From: Mobula hypostoma | Taxonomy: Eukaryota | Reading direction: 5' to 3' | NCBI RefSeq assembly: GCF_963921235.1 | Contig: NC_086097.1 | Location: 107,944,001 to 108,008,000 of the forward strand | Length of the DNA stretch: 64,000 nt | Shown: positions 39,210 to 51,300 of the stretch, one piece after another | How the letters are laid out: each line of letters begins with the position of its first letter | How positions within the stretch are numbered: the stretch's first letter is position 1 | Translations under genes and position numbers: made by a program | The notes under the pieces: model-generated | What the model was told of the DNA's origin: nothing | What the model saw: only the letters and a program-made list of their open reading frames with translations | Databases searched by the model: none

Positions 39210-39792
39210 AGGGGATAAGCAGAGTCTATTTCTAAGGAAGCTGAGATTCTTCAGTGTGTGCAACAGTATGTTGGAGATTTTTTTACCAGTCTGTTCTAGT
39301 GAGTGCAGTCTTCTTTGTGGCTTTATCTTGGGGGAGAAACATCGGTGCCGGCAATGCAAAAAGACTAAATAAACTCATCAAAAAGGCTGGATCTGTCCTT
39401 TTGAGTTCGTGGTGGAGAGGAAGTCACTAAACAAACTGGTATCCACTATGGACAACCCGGCACATCCTCTCCATGACCTTCTGAATAAGCAGTGGAGCAC
39501 CCTTTCAAACAGACTCATACAGCTCCACTGTCACAAGGATCATTACAGAAAACCTTTCCTACCAAATGCAATAAGCATATACAACAGTTCATCTGTGTGT
39601 GACAGGAGAACACACATCATAGTACGATAGTCTGTTTTATTATTTTGTACATTATTATTGCACATTGGTAAATTATTGTGTATATTATTATTATGTACTT
39701 TATTATAAGTTAAGTCTGCACACTAAGTGTGTTTTTAAATATTGCTGTTGTAACGAAAGAATTTCTCACTTGGGATCAATAAAGTACTATTA
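39210..39792 (+). mobile_element. Rex1-type LINE 3' fragment
   Basis: MDNPAHPLH...YRKPFLPNAISIYN; tail gggatcaataaagtactattatta. Confidence 0.8.
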
Positions 39793-40324
39793 TTATATGT
39801 GCTGTGCATGACTATATGTACTGTATTTGGCACGTTGACCCCAGGAGAACAGTGTGTTTGTTTAGCTGTATACATGTGTATGGTTGAAGCAATAAACTTG
39901 AACTTTATCTGCTCTTACAGCAATAATACCACAAATGTCCTATTTCAGCTCATCTACACCTTCCAAAAGAGAAGAAACTCATTCCAGAAATGTACAGCTG
40001 CCACTTCTGCCCATCTTTAAGCCAAATTTCAGTAACAGTCACATTGTTACATTCTATATGATTTCTGTGTCCTAATTCATTATCTGTAATTTGCTGACAC
40101 TTTCTAAGTTCTTGTTTCCTGTACCTTCGGCTTGTTAACTCAATTCTCGCCCTTCACATCCAGTTTTGTCATTCACCATTCTGAAAATGCTAAGTTCTAA
40201 TTTCTCTCTCATTAATTTAAACCTTAAAGATATTAGTCCCAGCCTTATGAGTTAAATAACATTTAGTTTCTGTAAGTTTCAACTTTAGAAACTGTCCCAA
40301 GTTCTTCCTCTTTCTACCATCACC

Positions 40325-40590
40325 TGAACACAAGAGATTCAGCAGATGCTGGAAATCCAGAGCACCACACACAAAATGCTGGAGGAAGTTGACAGGTCAG
40401 GCAGCATCAATGGAGAGGAATAAACACGATGTTTCAGGCTGAGACCCTTCATAAGGACTGGAAAGGAGGAGGAAAGATGCCTGAATAAGGTGGTAGCGAG
40501 AGTGGAAGGAGTACAAGCTAGAAGGTGATAGGTGAAACCAGGTGGGTAGGGGGTTGGGGGGGTGAAGCAATAATCTGGGAGGTGATGGGT
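40325..40590 (-). mobile_element. Penelope-related terminus or SINE-like fragment
   Basis: aacacaagagattc.gcagatgctggaaatccagagca...gtttcaggctgagacccttcat is the reverse of the Penelope terminus; short relatives occur near 36710 and 56400. Confidence 0.65.
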
Positions 40591-40938
40591 GTTTTCACCC
40601 TGGTTATTATATATAGTAGATTCTGGTTAATTGGGCCATTAGTTAATCAGGACAACCACTTATTTGGGACAGTTCTTACAGAACAAGAACTAATTGAAGA
40701 ATAGCCAGGATTCCTTTCGTTTATTTGTGATACTATGCCACTTAACTGGGACAAAAGACTGTTCCCAAAGTTTCTAACTAGCATCAGTCATGTATATTTG
40801 TGTGGCCACTAAACACTACACTGTGATTAGAACAAACTGTTTTTAAATAGTGTCAATTACATGTGTTTGAGGTCAAAATGCAGTGAGTTTTGTCACTGAT
40901 AGTTGGTGTGAAATAAGCAGCAAGACAATTTAGAACTA

Positions 40939-42516
40939 CACGTGTCCCCCGCTTTTTGAACGTTCGCTTTACGAAACTTCACTGTTACGAAAGACCTACA
41001 TTAGTACCGTTTTCACTTTCAGAAAGTGTTTTCACTGTTATGAAAAAAAATTCAGCGCACGATAAAAAATCAGCGCGCGATAAAAGGCAGTGCGCCCCGA
41101 GCAGCCGCTCTCCCCCGGATTCGGAACTGCTTTGCTTTAACACGTGCCTGTGAGCAGTCGTTTGCAAGATGAGTGCTAAGGTATCAGAAAAGCCTGAAAG
41201 AGCTTGTTAGGGTGTTACACTTACAGTAAAACTAGACATAATTAAGTGTTTTGATCGTGGTGAACGAAGTAAGGACAACGTGAGTTTGACTTGTGGAAGC
41301 TGACGAACATGATGTTGAAGAGGTTTTGGTATCCCATCACCAAGAACTGACAAATGAAGAGCTGATGCAATTGGAAGAAAAAAGGATAACAATCGAAACC
41401 GAATGAATAATGATAAAGTACGACTTTAATTTTGAAAGGGTACATCGGTTTAGGGGATATTTGCAGGATGGTTTGAGTCCTTATTAAAGAACTGTGTGAT
41501 AGAAAAATGCGCGAGGCTCAGCAGTCAAGCAAGCCTTCCACATCAGCCACAGCAGATGACGAACCTTGACCTTCGACATCGAGACGGGCAGAGATAGAAG
41601 AAGATGAGCTGCCTGCCCTAATGGAAACAGGCGACGAGATGACACCCCAGTGTCCCACCACCCCAACCCCCAGGCCACGGACAGATACCGATTCGCGGAG
41701 AATGCAAAGCTAGCCAGGAGGCACACAGCACATCTTTAAGAAAAAAGCCGAAATAAACATGCTAATTAATTAGGTGCCACCGACACGTAATTGTCGGCTC
41801 AGATCTGAGACGACGCAATTGGAAATCAGCACTGATCTGGGCCGACAATTACGGGCGGCACCTAATTAATTAGCATGTTTCTTTCGGCTTTTTTCTTAAA
41901 GATGTGCTGGATGCCTCCCGGCTACCCCTGGAACCCTGCATGCTTCGCGGCATCTATCGGGTTGACGGCCTGGAGGGTGGGGGCCACTACACCAGCCAAC
42001 CTGCGACGGCTCAGTCTAACACACCATCATCCGTGTGCTCTGCGCTGTCTTCCCAATTCCAGTAAGTCATACTACACTGTACATACATTATTTCTACTTT
42101 ATATCGGCTGTGTATTTTTACGTGTTATTTGGTAAGATTTGGCAGCTTCATAGCTTGAAGGTTACTGGAGAGCGCTTCTGCGTGTTTCTGCTGAGAGCGC
42201 TTGCGTGAGATTTTCTGCTGACGGCGCTTGCGTGCAATTTTCGCTACGGAGAGCAGTGCAGTAATGATTGTGGAAAAGTATTTCTACTTTATATAGGCTG
42301 TGTATTTATCATATCATTCCTGCTTTTACTATGTGTTACTGTTATTTTAGGTTTTATGTGTTGTTTGGCATGATTTGGTAGGTTATTTTTGGGTCTGCGA
42401 ACGCTCACAAAATTTTCCCATATAAATAAATGGTAATTGCTTCTTCGCTTTATGACATTTCGGCTTACGAACCATCTCTTAGGAACGCTCTACCTTCGTA
42501 TGGCGGGGGAAACCTG
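40939..42516 (+). mobile_element. Internally deleted Tigger (pogo-family) transposon
   Basis: TA TSD; TIRs cacgtgtcccccgc and gcgggggaaacctg. CENP-B-like N-terminal remnant GVTLTVKLDIIKCFDRGE (about 41170-41280) is joined to the C-terminal remnant SHHQELTNEELMQLEE. Confidence 0.85.
41711..41924. repeat. Long inverted repeat (arms about 90-95 bp, spacer about 25 bp) inside the Tigger derivative
   Basis: cagcacatctttaagaaaaaagccgaaataaacatgctaattaattaggtgcc...gtaattgtcggc.cagatc pairs with gatctgggccgacaattac...ggcacctaattaattagcatgtttctttcggcttttttcttaaagatgtgctg. Confidence 0.95.
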
Positions 42517-42847
42517 TATTTTGGTCACCAGTTTCTAGCATTCAGGCTTATAGATGCCAGAAATGGTCAGGAGTGAAAATGAAACAATTTCACGATTTCA
42601 GCAAGTTAGGAACTATGAAGAATTTGAAGGTTTCAACAGCTATCTCAAATGTTACAATGAAAATGAAGATTTGGAGAATGCAATTGGTGAACACATTATA
42701 GGAAGGTAGTCAATTATCGGCACTGGGTGTCTGCACTGATATGTTCAAGCGTTCAGTGGTCCCACTTAATTTCTGAGAATGTTTACAATATACAACCTGA
42801 AATTCTTACTCTTCACAATCAATCAAAAGAACACAACAGCATACAAT

Positions 42848-44491
42848 GACTTTATCCACTCAGGGGATCTCCCATCCACTGCTACCACCCTTATAGTTCC
42901 CACACCTCGCACTTCCCATTTCTACCTCCTACCCAAGATCCACAAACCTGCCTGTCCTGGCCGACCTATTGTCTCAGCTTGCTCCTGCCCCACCGAACTC
43001 GTTTCTGCATACCTCAACACGGTTTTATCCCGCCTTGTTCAATCCCTTCCTACCTATGTTCGTGACACTTCTCACGCTCTTAAACTTTTCGATGATTTTA
43101 AGTTCCCTGGCCCCCACCACTTTATTTTCACCATAAATGTCCAGTCTCTATATACTTCCATCCCCCATCAGGAAGGTCTCAAAGCTCTACGCTTCTTTTT
43201 GGATTCCAGACCTAATCAGTTCCCCTCTACCACCACGCTGCTCCGTCTAGCGGAATTAGTCCTTACTCTTAATAATTCCTCCTTTGGCTCCTCTCACTGC
43301 CTCCAAACTAAAGGTGTAGCTATGGGCACCCGTATACGTCCTAGCTATGCCTGCCTTTTTGTTGGCTTTGTGGAACAATCTATGTTCCGTGCCTATTCTG
43401 GTATCTGTCCCCCACTTTTCCTTCGCTACATCGACGACTGCATTGGCGCTGCTTCCTGCACACATGCAAAGCTCGTTGACTTTATTAACTTTGCCTCCAA
43501 CTTTCACCCTGCCCTCAAGTTTACCCGGTCCATTTCCGACACCTCCCTCCCCTTTCTAGATAAATCTGTCTCTGTCTCTGGAGACAGCTTATCCACTGAT
43601 GTCTACTATAAGCCTACTGACTCTCACAGCTATCTGGACTATTCCTCTTTTCACCCTGTCTCTTGCAAAAACGCCATCCTCTTCTCGCAATTCTTCCGTC
43701 TCCGCCGCATCTGCTCTCAGGATGAGGCTTTTCATTCTAGGACGAGGGAGATGTCTTCCTTTTTTAAAGAAAGGGGCTTCCCTTCCTCCACTATCAACTC
43801 TGCTCTTAAACGCATCTCCCCCATTTCACGCACATCTGCTCTCACTCCATCCTCCCGCCACCCCAATAGGAATAGGGTTCCCCTGGTCCTCACCTACCAC
43901 CCCACCAGCCTCCGGGTCCAACATATTATTCTCCATAACTTCCGCCACCTCCAACGGGATCCCACCACTAAGCACATCTTTCCCTCCCCCCCCCCTGCAT
44001 TCCGCAGGGATCGCTCCCAACGCGACTCCCTTGTCCATTCGTCCGCCCCATCCCTCCCCACTGATCTCCCTCCTGGCACTTATCCGTGTAAGCGGAACAA
44101 GTGCTACACATGCCCTTACACTTCCTCCCTTACCACCATTCAGGGCCCCAAACAGTCCTTCCAGGTGAGGCAACACTTCACCTGTGAGTCGGCTGGGGTG
44201 ATATACTGCGTCCGGTGCTCCCGATGTGGCCTTTTATATATTGGCGAGACCCGACGCAGACTGGGAGACCGCTTTGCTGAACACCTACGCTCTGTCCGCC
44301 AGAGAAAGCAGGATCTCCCAGTGGCCACACATTTTAATTCCACATCCCATTCCCATTCTGACATGTCTATCCACGGCCTCCTCTACTGTAAAGATGAAGC
44401 CACACTCAGGTTGGAGGAACAACACCTTATATTCTGTCTGGGTAGCCTCCAACCTGATGGCATGAACATCGACTTCTCTAACTTCCGCTAA
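42848..44491 (+). CDS. Penelope RT plus GIY-YIG endonuclease (open frame, N-terminally truncated)
   Basis: FYLLPKIHK, GRPIVS, SLYTSIP, GVAMG, RYIDD, YYKPTD; CxxxxCxxC linker; VIYCVRCSRCGLLYIGETRRRLGDRFAEH. Confidence 0.93.
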   Translation, partial: DFIHSGDLPSTATTLIVPTPRTSHFYLLPKIHKPACPGRPIVSACSCPTELVSAYLNTVLSRLVQSLPTYVRDTSHALKLFDDFKFPGPHHFIFTINVQSLYTSIPHQEGLKALRFFLDSRPNQFPSTTTLLRLAELVLTLNNSSFGSSHCLQTKGVAMGTRIRPSYACLFVGFVEQSMFRAYSGICPPLFLRYIDDCIGAASCTHAKLVDFINFASNFHPALKFTRSISDTSLPFLDKSVSVSGDSLSTDVYYKPTDSHSYLDYSSFHPVSCKNAILFSQFFRLRRICSQDEAFHSRTREMSSFFKERGFPSSTINSALKRISPISRTSALTPSSRHPNRNRVPLVLTYHPTSLRVQHIILHNFRHLQRDPTTKHIFPSPPPAFRRDRSQRDSLVHSSAPSLPTDLPPGTYPCKRNKCYTCPYTSSLTTIQGPKQSFQVRQHFTCESAGVIYCVRCSRCGLLYIGETRRRLGDRFAEHLRSVRQRKQDLPVATHFNSTSHSHSDMSIHGLLYCKDEATLRLEEQHLIFCLGSLQPDGMNIDFSNFR

Positions 44492-44887
44492 TGCCCCACC
44501 TCCCCCTCGTACCCCATCTGTTACTTATTTTTATAAACACATTCTTTCTCTCACTCTCCTTTTTCTCCCTCTGTCCCTCTGAATATACCCCTTGCCCATC
44601 TTCTGTGTCCCCCCCCCACCCCTCCTTGTCTTTCTTTCCGGACCTCCTGTCCCATGATCCTCTCGTATCCCTTTTGCCTATCACCTGTCCAGCTCTTGGC
44701 TCCATCCCTCCCCCTCCTGTCTTCTCTTATCATTTTGGATCTCCCCCTCCCCCTCCAATTTTCAAATCCCTTACTCACTCTTCCTTCAGTTAGTCTTGAC
44801 GAAGGGTCTCGGCCTGAAACGTCGACTGCACCTCTTCCTAGAGATGCTGCCTGGCCTGCTGCGTTCACCAGCAACTTTTATGTGTGT
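42849..44887 (+). mobile_element. Young 5'-truncated Penelope-like element
   Basis: 11-bp TSD AGCATACAATG at 42838-42848 and 44888-44898; RT plus GIY-YIG ORF; pyrimidine-rich 3' UTR with a hammerhead-like terminus at 44792-44827. Confidence 0.95.
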
Positions 44888-45138
44888 AGCATACAATGTG
44901 CATGAATTCCTCCATCAATAGCTATTAGGAACTACAGTTTCATAGTACAGTGGTAGTACTGTTAGTGTTCTAGTTTGTTCTGTATTTCATTTAAATACAT
45001 GATTTATTACTCAGTTAAACAGTAGATTGTCTCTTACACTTTTTAACTATTTCCATGAAACTGGGTAATTAGAGCAGCCATTTAATTGGGCCAAAATGTT
45101 CTGATCCACATGTGTCCTAATTAACTGGAATCACTGTA

Positions 45139-45345
45139 TATCACAAACAGCAGAGGTCCTGAATGAGCACGACTTGTCACAGACCTCCAGCCGGGACAAA
45201 TCCCTTTGACCACTACCCTGACTTATATAGATGGGCCAATTCTCCATGGATCCCATGCATCTTAGTCTTCTGAATGAAACTCCCATTAGAACTTTGTCAA
45301 ATGCCTTACTAAAATCCATGTAGGTAACATCCACAGCTTTTCCTT
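45139..45345 (-). mobile_element. Small CR1 RT fragment
   Basis: [14 protein letters not shown] remnant. Confidence 0.7.
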
Positions 45346-45371
45346 TAACAGAGGAGTCAAAAGCTGAGAAA

Positions 45372-48300
45372 CCATAGAAACCATAGAAAAACTACAGCAC
45401 AGAAACAGGCCTTTTGGCTCTTCTTGGCTGTGCCGAACTATTTTCTGCCTAGTCCCACTGACCTGAACACGGACCATATCCCTCCATACACCTCCCATCC
45501 ATGTATCTGTCCAATTTATTCTTAAATGTTAAAAAAGACCCCGCATTTACCACCTCGTCTGGCAGCTCATTCCATACTCCCACCACTCTCTGTGTGAAGA
45601 AGCCCCCTCTAATGTTCCCTTTAAACTTTTCCCCCCTCACCCTTAACCCATGTCCTCTGGTTTTTTTCTCCCCTTGCCTCTGTGGAAAAAGCCTGCTTGC
45701 ATTCACTCTATCTATACCCATCACAATTTTATATACCTCCATCAAATCTCCCCTCATTCTTCTACACTCCAGGGAATAAATGCCTAACCTATTCAACCTT
45801 TCTCTGTAACTCAGTTTCTCAAGTCCCAGCAACATCCTTGTAAACCTTCTCTGCACTCTTTCAACCTTATTTATATCCTTCCTGTAATTTGGTGACCAAA
45901 ACTGAACACAACACTCCAGATTCGGCCTCACCAATGCCTTATACAATCTCATCATAACATTCCAGCTCTTATACTCAATACTTTGATTAATAAAGGCCAA
46001 TGTACCAAAAGCTCTCTTTACGACCCTATCTACCTGTGACGCCACATTTAGGGAATTTTGTATCTGTATTCCCAGATCCCTCTGTTCCACTGCACTCCTC
46101 AGTGCCTTACCATTAACCCTGTATGTTCTACATTGGTTTGTCCTTCCAACGTGCAATACCTCAAACTTGTCTGTATTAAACTCCATCTGCCATTTTTCAG
46201 CCCATTTTTCCAGCTGGTCCAAGTCCCTCTGCAGACTCTGAAAACCTTCCTCACTGTCCACTACACCTCCAATCTTTGTATCATCAGCAAATTTGCTGCT
46301 CTAATTTACCACATTATCATCCAGATCATTGATATAGATGACAAATAACAATGGGCCCAGCACTGATCCCTGTAGCACACCACTAGTCACAGGCCTCCAC
46401 TCGGAGAAGTAATTCTCTACTACCACTCTTTGGCTTCTTCCATTGAGCCAATGTCTAATCCAATTTACCACCTCTCCATGTAAACCTAGCGACTGAATTT
46501 TCCTAACTAACCTCCCATGCGGGACCTTGTCAAAGGCCTTACTGAAGTCCATGTAGACAACATCCACTGTCTTCCCTTCATCCACTTTCCTAGTAACCTC
46601 CTTGAAAAACTCCAATAGATTGGTCAAACCTGACCTACCACACACAAAGCCATGTTGACTCTCCCTAATACGTCCCTGTCTATCCAAATGCTTGTAGATT
46701 CTGTCTCTTTAGTACTCCTTCCAATAACTTACCCACTACCGACATCAAACTTACCGGCCTATAATTTCCCAGATTACTTTTTGATCTTTTTTTAAACAAC
46801 AGAACAACATGAGCCACTCTCCAATCCTCCAGCACCTCACCCGTAGACACCGACATTTTAAATATATCTGCCAGGGCCCCTGCAATTAAAACACTAGTCT
46901 CCTTCAGGGTCCAAGGGAATATCCTGTCAGGTCCTGGGGATTTATCTACTTTAATTTGCCTCAAGATAGCAAGAACCTCCTCCTTTTCAATCTGTACAGT
47001 TTCCATGATCTCACTACTTGTTTCCCTTAATTCAATAGACTTCATGCCAGTTTCCTTAGTAAGTACAGATGCAAAAACCCCATTTAAGATCTCCCCCATC
47101 TCTTTTGGTTCCGCACATAGCCGACCACTCTGGTCTTCAAGAGGACCAATTTTATCCCTTACAATCCTTTTACTCTTAATATACCTGTAAAAGCTCTTTA
47201 GATTATCCTTCACTTTGACTGCCAAGGCAAACTCATGTCTACTTTTAACCCTCCCGATTTCTTTCTTAAGTATTTTCTTGCACTTTTTATACTCCTCAAG
47301 CACCTTATTTACTCCGTTTCCTATACATGTCATACAACTCTCTCTTCTTCTTTTTCAGAGTTGCAATATCCCTTGAGAACCAAGGTTTCTTATTCCTATT
47401 CACTTTGCCTTTCATCTTGACAGGAACATACAAGCTCTGCACTCTCAAAATTTCTCTTTTGAAGGCTTCCCACTTACCGATCACATCCTTGCCAGAGAAC
47501 AACCTGTCCCAATCCACGCTTTTTAGATCCTTTCTCATTTCTTCAAATTTGGCCTTCTTCCAGTTAAGAACCTCAACCCTAAGACCAGATCTATCCTTGT
47601 CCATGATCAAGTTGAAACTAATGGTGTTATGATCACTGGAACCAAAGTGCTCCCCTACACACACTTCCGTCACTTGTCCTAACTCGTTTCCTAACAGGAG
47701 ATCCAATATTGCATCCCCTCTAGTTGGTACCTCTATATATTGATTTAGAAAACTTTCCTGAACACATTTTACAAACTCTAACCCATCTAGGCCCCTAGCA
47801 GTACGGGAGTCCCAATCAATATATGGAAAATTAAAATCCCCTACCACCACAACTTTATGTTTCCTGCAGTTGCCTGCTATCTCTCTGCAGGTTTGCTCTT
47901 CCAATTCTCGCTGGCTATTGGGTGGTCTATAATACAACCCCACTAATGTGGCCATACCTTTCCTGTTTCTCAGCTCCACCCATAATGACTCAGTAGACAA
48001 GCCCTCTAATCTGTCCTGCCTGAGCACTGCTGTAATATTTTCCCTAACAAGCAATGCTACTCCCCCACCTTTCATTCCTCTGCCTCGATCATATCTGAAA
48101 CATCGGAACCCTGGAATATTAAGCTGCCAGTCCTGCCCCTCCTGTAGCCAAGTTTCACTAATTGCTATAACATCATAATTCCACGTGTCAATCCATGCCC
48201 CCAACTCGTCCGCCTTCCCCGCAATACTCCTGGCATTGAAAATATATACACCTCGGGGGGGACTTCCAGGTCATCAAGGGAATGGCGGCGTAAGGAAAAG

Positions 48301-51300
48301 GTCTCTCGACAAAAAAGAAGGTAAACTGCCCCAAAATCGAATTTAGACAAATACTTAATATTGCATAACTATATTCATAAAAGGGGTAAGTATGATGTCT
48401 AAGAACAAGAATAAAAAGTCCGCTTCGAAGGCTGATAAACATAAAGAGATGCAGCAAGGCGACGGGCCTAGCTCCCCCACGGCAAACCAGGACGGAGATA
48501 ATGAGGGGGAATCGGTGACTCTGTCTTTGATTCTCGGAGAGATTCGCGAGTTCCAACAAGATAACAGCAAACAGCTGGAAGACATTAAAGGAGAAATAGT
48601 AAAAACTAACTCGCGGATAGATGAAGCCAAAGCCTCACTGTGGGAAGTCGGGAAAAATTTTCAAATGTTATACGTTCAGAAATGTCTAGGGTGTGGTTAT
48701 ATGTCTTGGTTTACTGTTGAGAAGGGATTGCTTACTGTTTGGTTAGAAAAGGAGAGTGCTTTTTTTCTACTAGAGAAAAATGCAAACTGAATTGGTAAAA
48801 ATAATTTCCTATAATGTTAATGGGGCTTTGAATCCAATTAAAAGAAATAAGATTATGTCTAAATTGAAAAAAGAGAGGGCACAAATAGCTTTCCTCCAGG
48901 AAACACATATGAGCCAATCTGAACATGGAAAATTAAAAAGAATGGGCTTTAAGCATGTATTTTATTCATCATATAAATTGAGTCACAAAAGAGGGGTAGC
49001 TACTTTAATATCAAGTACTCTTAATTATGAACATATTTCAGAGACTAGAGACAAAGAAGGACGGTTTGTAAAAATCACAGGAAGAATAGAAGGTACAGAA
49101 ATAACATTGCTGAATGTTTATGCTCCTCCAGGTAGTGAATGGTCATTTTATAGACACATTTTTGACCTAATGGTCAGTTCTCGAGGGGTAGTAATTTGTG
49201 GAGGGGATTTTAATATTAGATTAAATCCTATATTAGATTCTTCAAGAATAGTTACTCAGAATAAACCTCTGACTCGGAAAGTGAATTCATTGATGGAGGA
49301 GTTGGAAATTATAGATGTCTGGAGGGAATTACACCTTACTAGTAAAGATTATACATATTACTCTTTCCCTCATTCAGCCTATTCAAGGATAGACTATTTC
49401 TTTATCTTTAATACAGATAGACTCAGGATAAAAAACTGTAATATTGCAACAATTGATCTGTCGGATCATAGCCCAGTCTCTATATCTCTAATCCTGGAAA
49501 GGAAAATGAGGAAAACACTATGGAGGCTAAACTCACATATACTCAATAACCCGAAAGTAATGGAGAGATTAAGGGGAGAAATCAAAGAATATCTAGACCT
49601 TAATGACACGGGAGAAACATCACCAGTGATTTTATGGGATACATTGAAAGCTGTACTGAGAGGGAAAATTATTTCCATTACTACTCGCATGAAAAAAATC
49701 AATGCACAAAAATTAGCAGACCTTCAAGGAAAATTAAAACAACTTCAAGTTGTAGATAGCAACAAAAGTAATTCAAATCGAAAACAGGAAATTAGGAAAT
49801 TGCAAAGTGAAATTGATGATATTTATACGTTGGAAACTCAAAGAAATTTTCTTTACCTGAGACAAAAGAATTATGAAGTAGGAGGTAAATCAGCTAGATT
49901 ATTAGCATATAAATTACGAAAACAACAAGCAGACAATACAATTCATAAAATAAAGAATCCAAAGACAAAGCTTGTGGAGAGTACAATAGGGAAAATTCAA
50001 GAGAGTTTTGAAACATATTATCGAGAGCTGTACTCCCAACCCCGGGCCCCCAATGAGCCCTATATAGACAGTGTATTGAATTTTTTAGATCTACCTAAAC
50101 TTACAGATTTACAAAATGAAAGTTTATTAGAACCAGTAACTGTCAAAGAACTGAACGTGGCCATCTCTAGGTTAAAGGCTGGAAAGTCCCCGGGTTCTGA
50201 TGGGTTTACCTCAGAGTGGTACAAGTCCCTGAAGACACAGTTAGCCCCATTACTACTTAACACCTTTAATTGGATCTTGCAGAGAGGAGAAACTCCACCT
50301 TCCTGGAGAGAAGCGATTATTTCAGTTATTCCTAAAAAGAGGGTAAAGATAAACTAGAATGTGGCAATTATCGGCCAATTAGTGTTCTTAATTTAGATTA
50401 CAAACTATTTACATCTATATTAGCGCGCAGATTGGAAAAGCTTTTACCTGGCCTAATCCATTTAAGTTGGATCCAGTTAGTTGGGCATTCCTATACAGAG
50501 TGTTAGAAAGATTCGGCTTTCAAGAAAGGTTTATTAAAGTAATTCAGACTCTATATGATAGCCCTACAGCCCGAATTAAGATAAATGGGGACCTCTCTGA
50601 CTCCTTCATTTTAGAGAGAGGCACTAGACAGGGATGCCCAATTTCTCCTCTCCTTTTTGCGCTATATATTGAACCACTTGCCCAACTAATAAGACAGAGC
50701 GAAATCGTAAAAGGTATCAAGGTGGCAGGGATTGAACAGAAAGTGGCGTTATTCGCAGATGATGTTTTGGTCTATCTGAGTGAACCAGAAAAATCATTTA
50801 TAGGATTGTTTACACTGTTGGATGACTTTGGGAAAATATCAGGTTATAAAATAAATGTAAAGAAAACGCAGGTTATGTCCCTAAATTATACACCATCCAA
50901 AAAATTGCAGGATACATACGATCTTAAGTGGGAAGCTAAATCATTAAAATATTTAGGAATAACCCTGCCGAAGGATCTTTCAACACTGTCACAGGTAAAT
51001 TATGGGCCATTAATCTCAGCGATAAAAGCAGATATGCATAGATGGAATCTTATCCCCTTTTTAAGTTTAAATTCAAGGATAAATACTATAAAAATGAATA
51101 TTCTTCCTCGGTTATTATATCTTTTCCGTACTTTACCAGTGGAGGTGGATGATAATCAATTCAGGGAATGGGACAAATGGATTTCCCGCTTCATTTGGCA
51201 AGGAAGGAAACCTAGAATTCGATATAACACCTTACAGTTAGGGAAGGAAGGAGGAGGTATGGTTCTTCCTTGCCTGAGAAATTATTTTTATGCCTCACAG

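Larger units (their letters stand above)
40614..45136 (+). mobile_element. Old non-autonomous Tigger/pogo-like element, split by later insertions
   Basis: TA-flanked imperfect TIRs tagtagattctggttaattggg and cctaattaactggaatcactg; pieces at 40614-40938, 42517-about 42745 and 44899-45136. Confidence 0.65.

Noticed and set aside
42779..42848. ATG-initiated start making the Penelope ORF look complete
   Set aside because: It lies outside or within the 5' TSD copy, so it is flanking sequence. The element is 5'-truncated.
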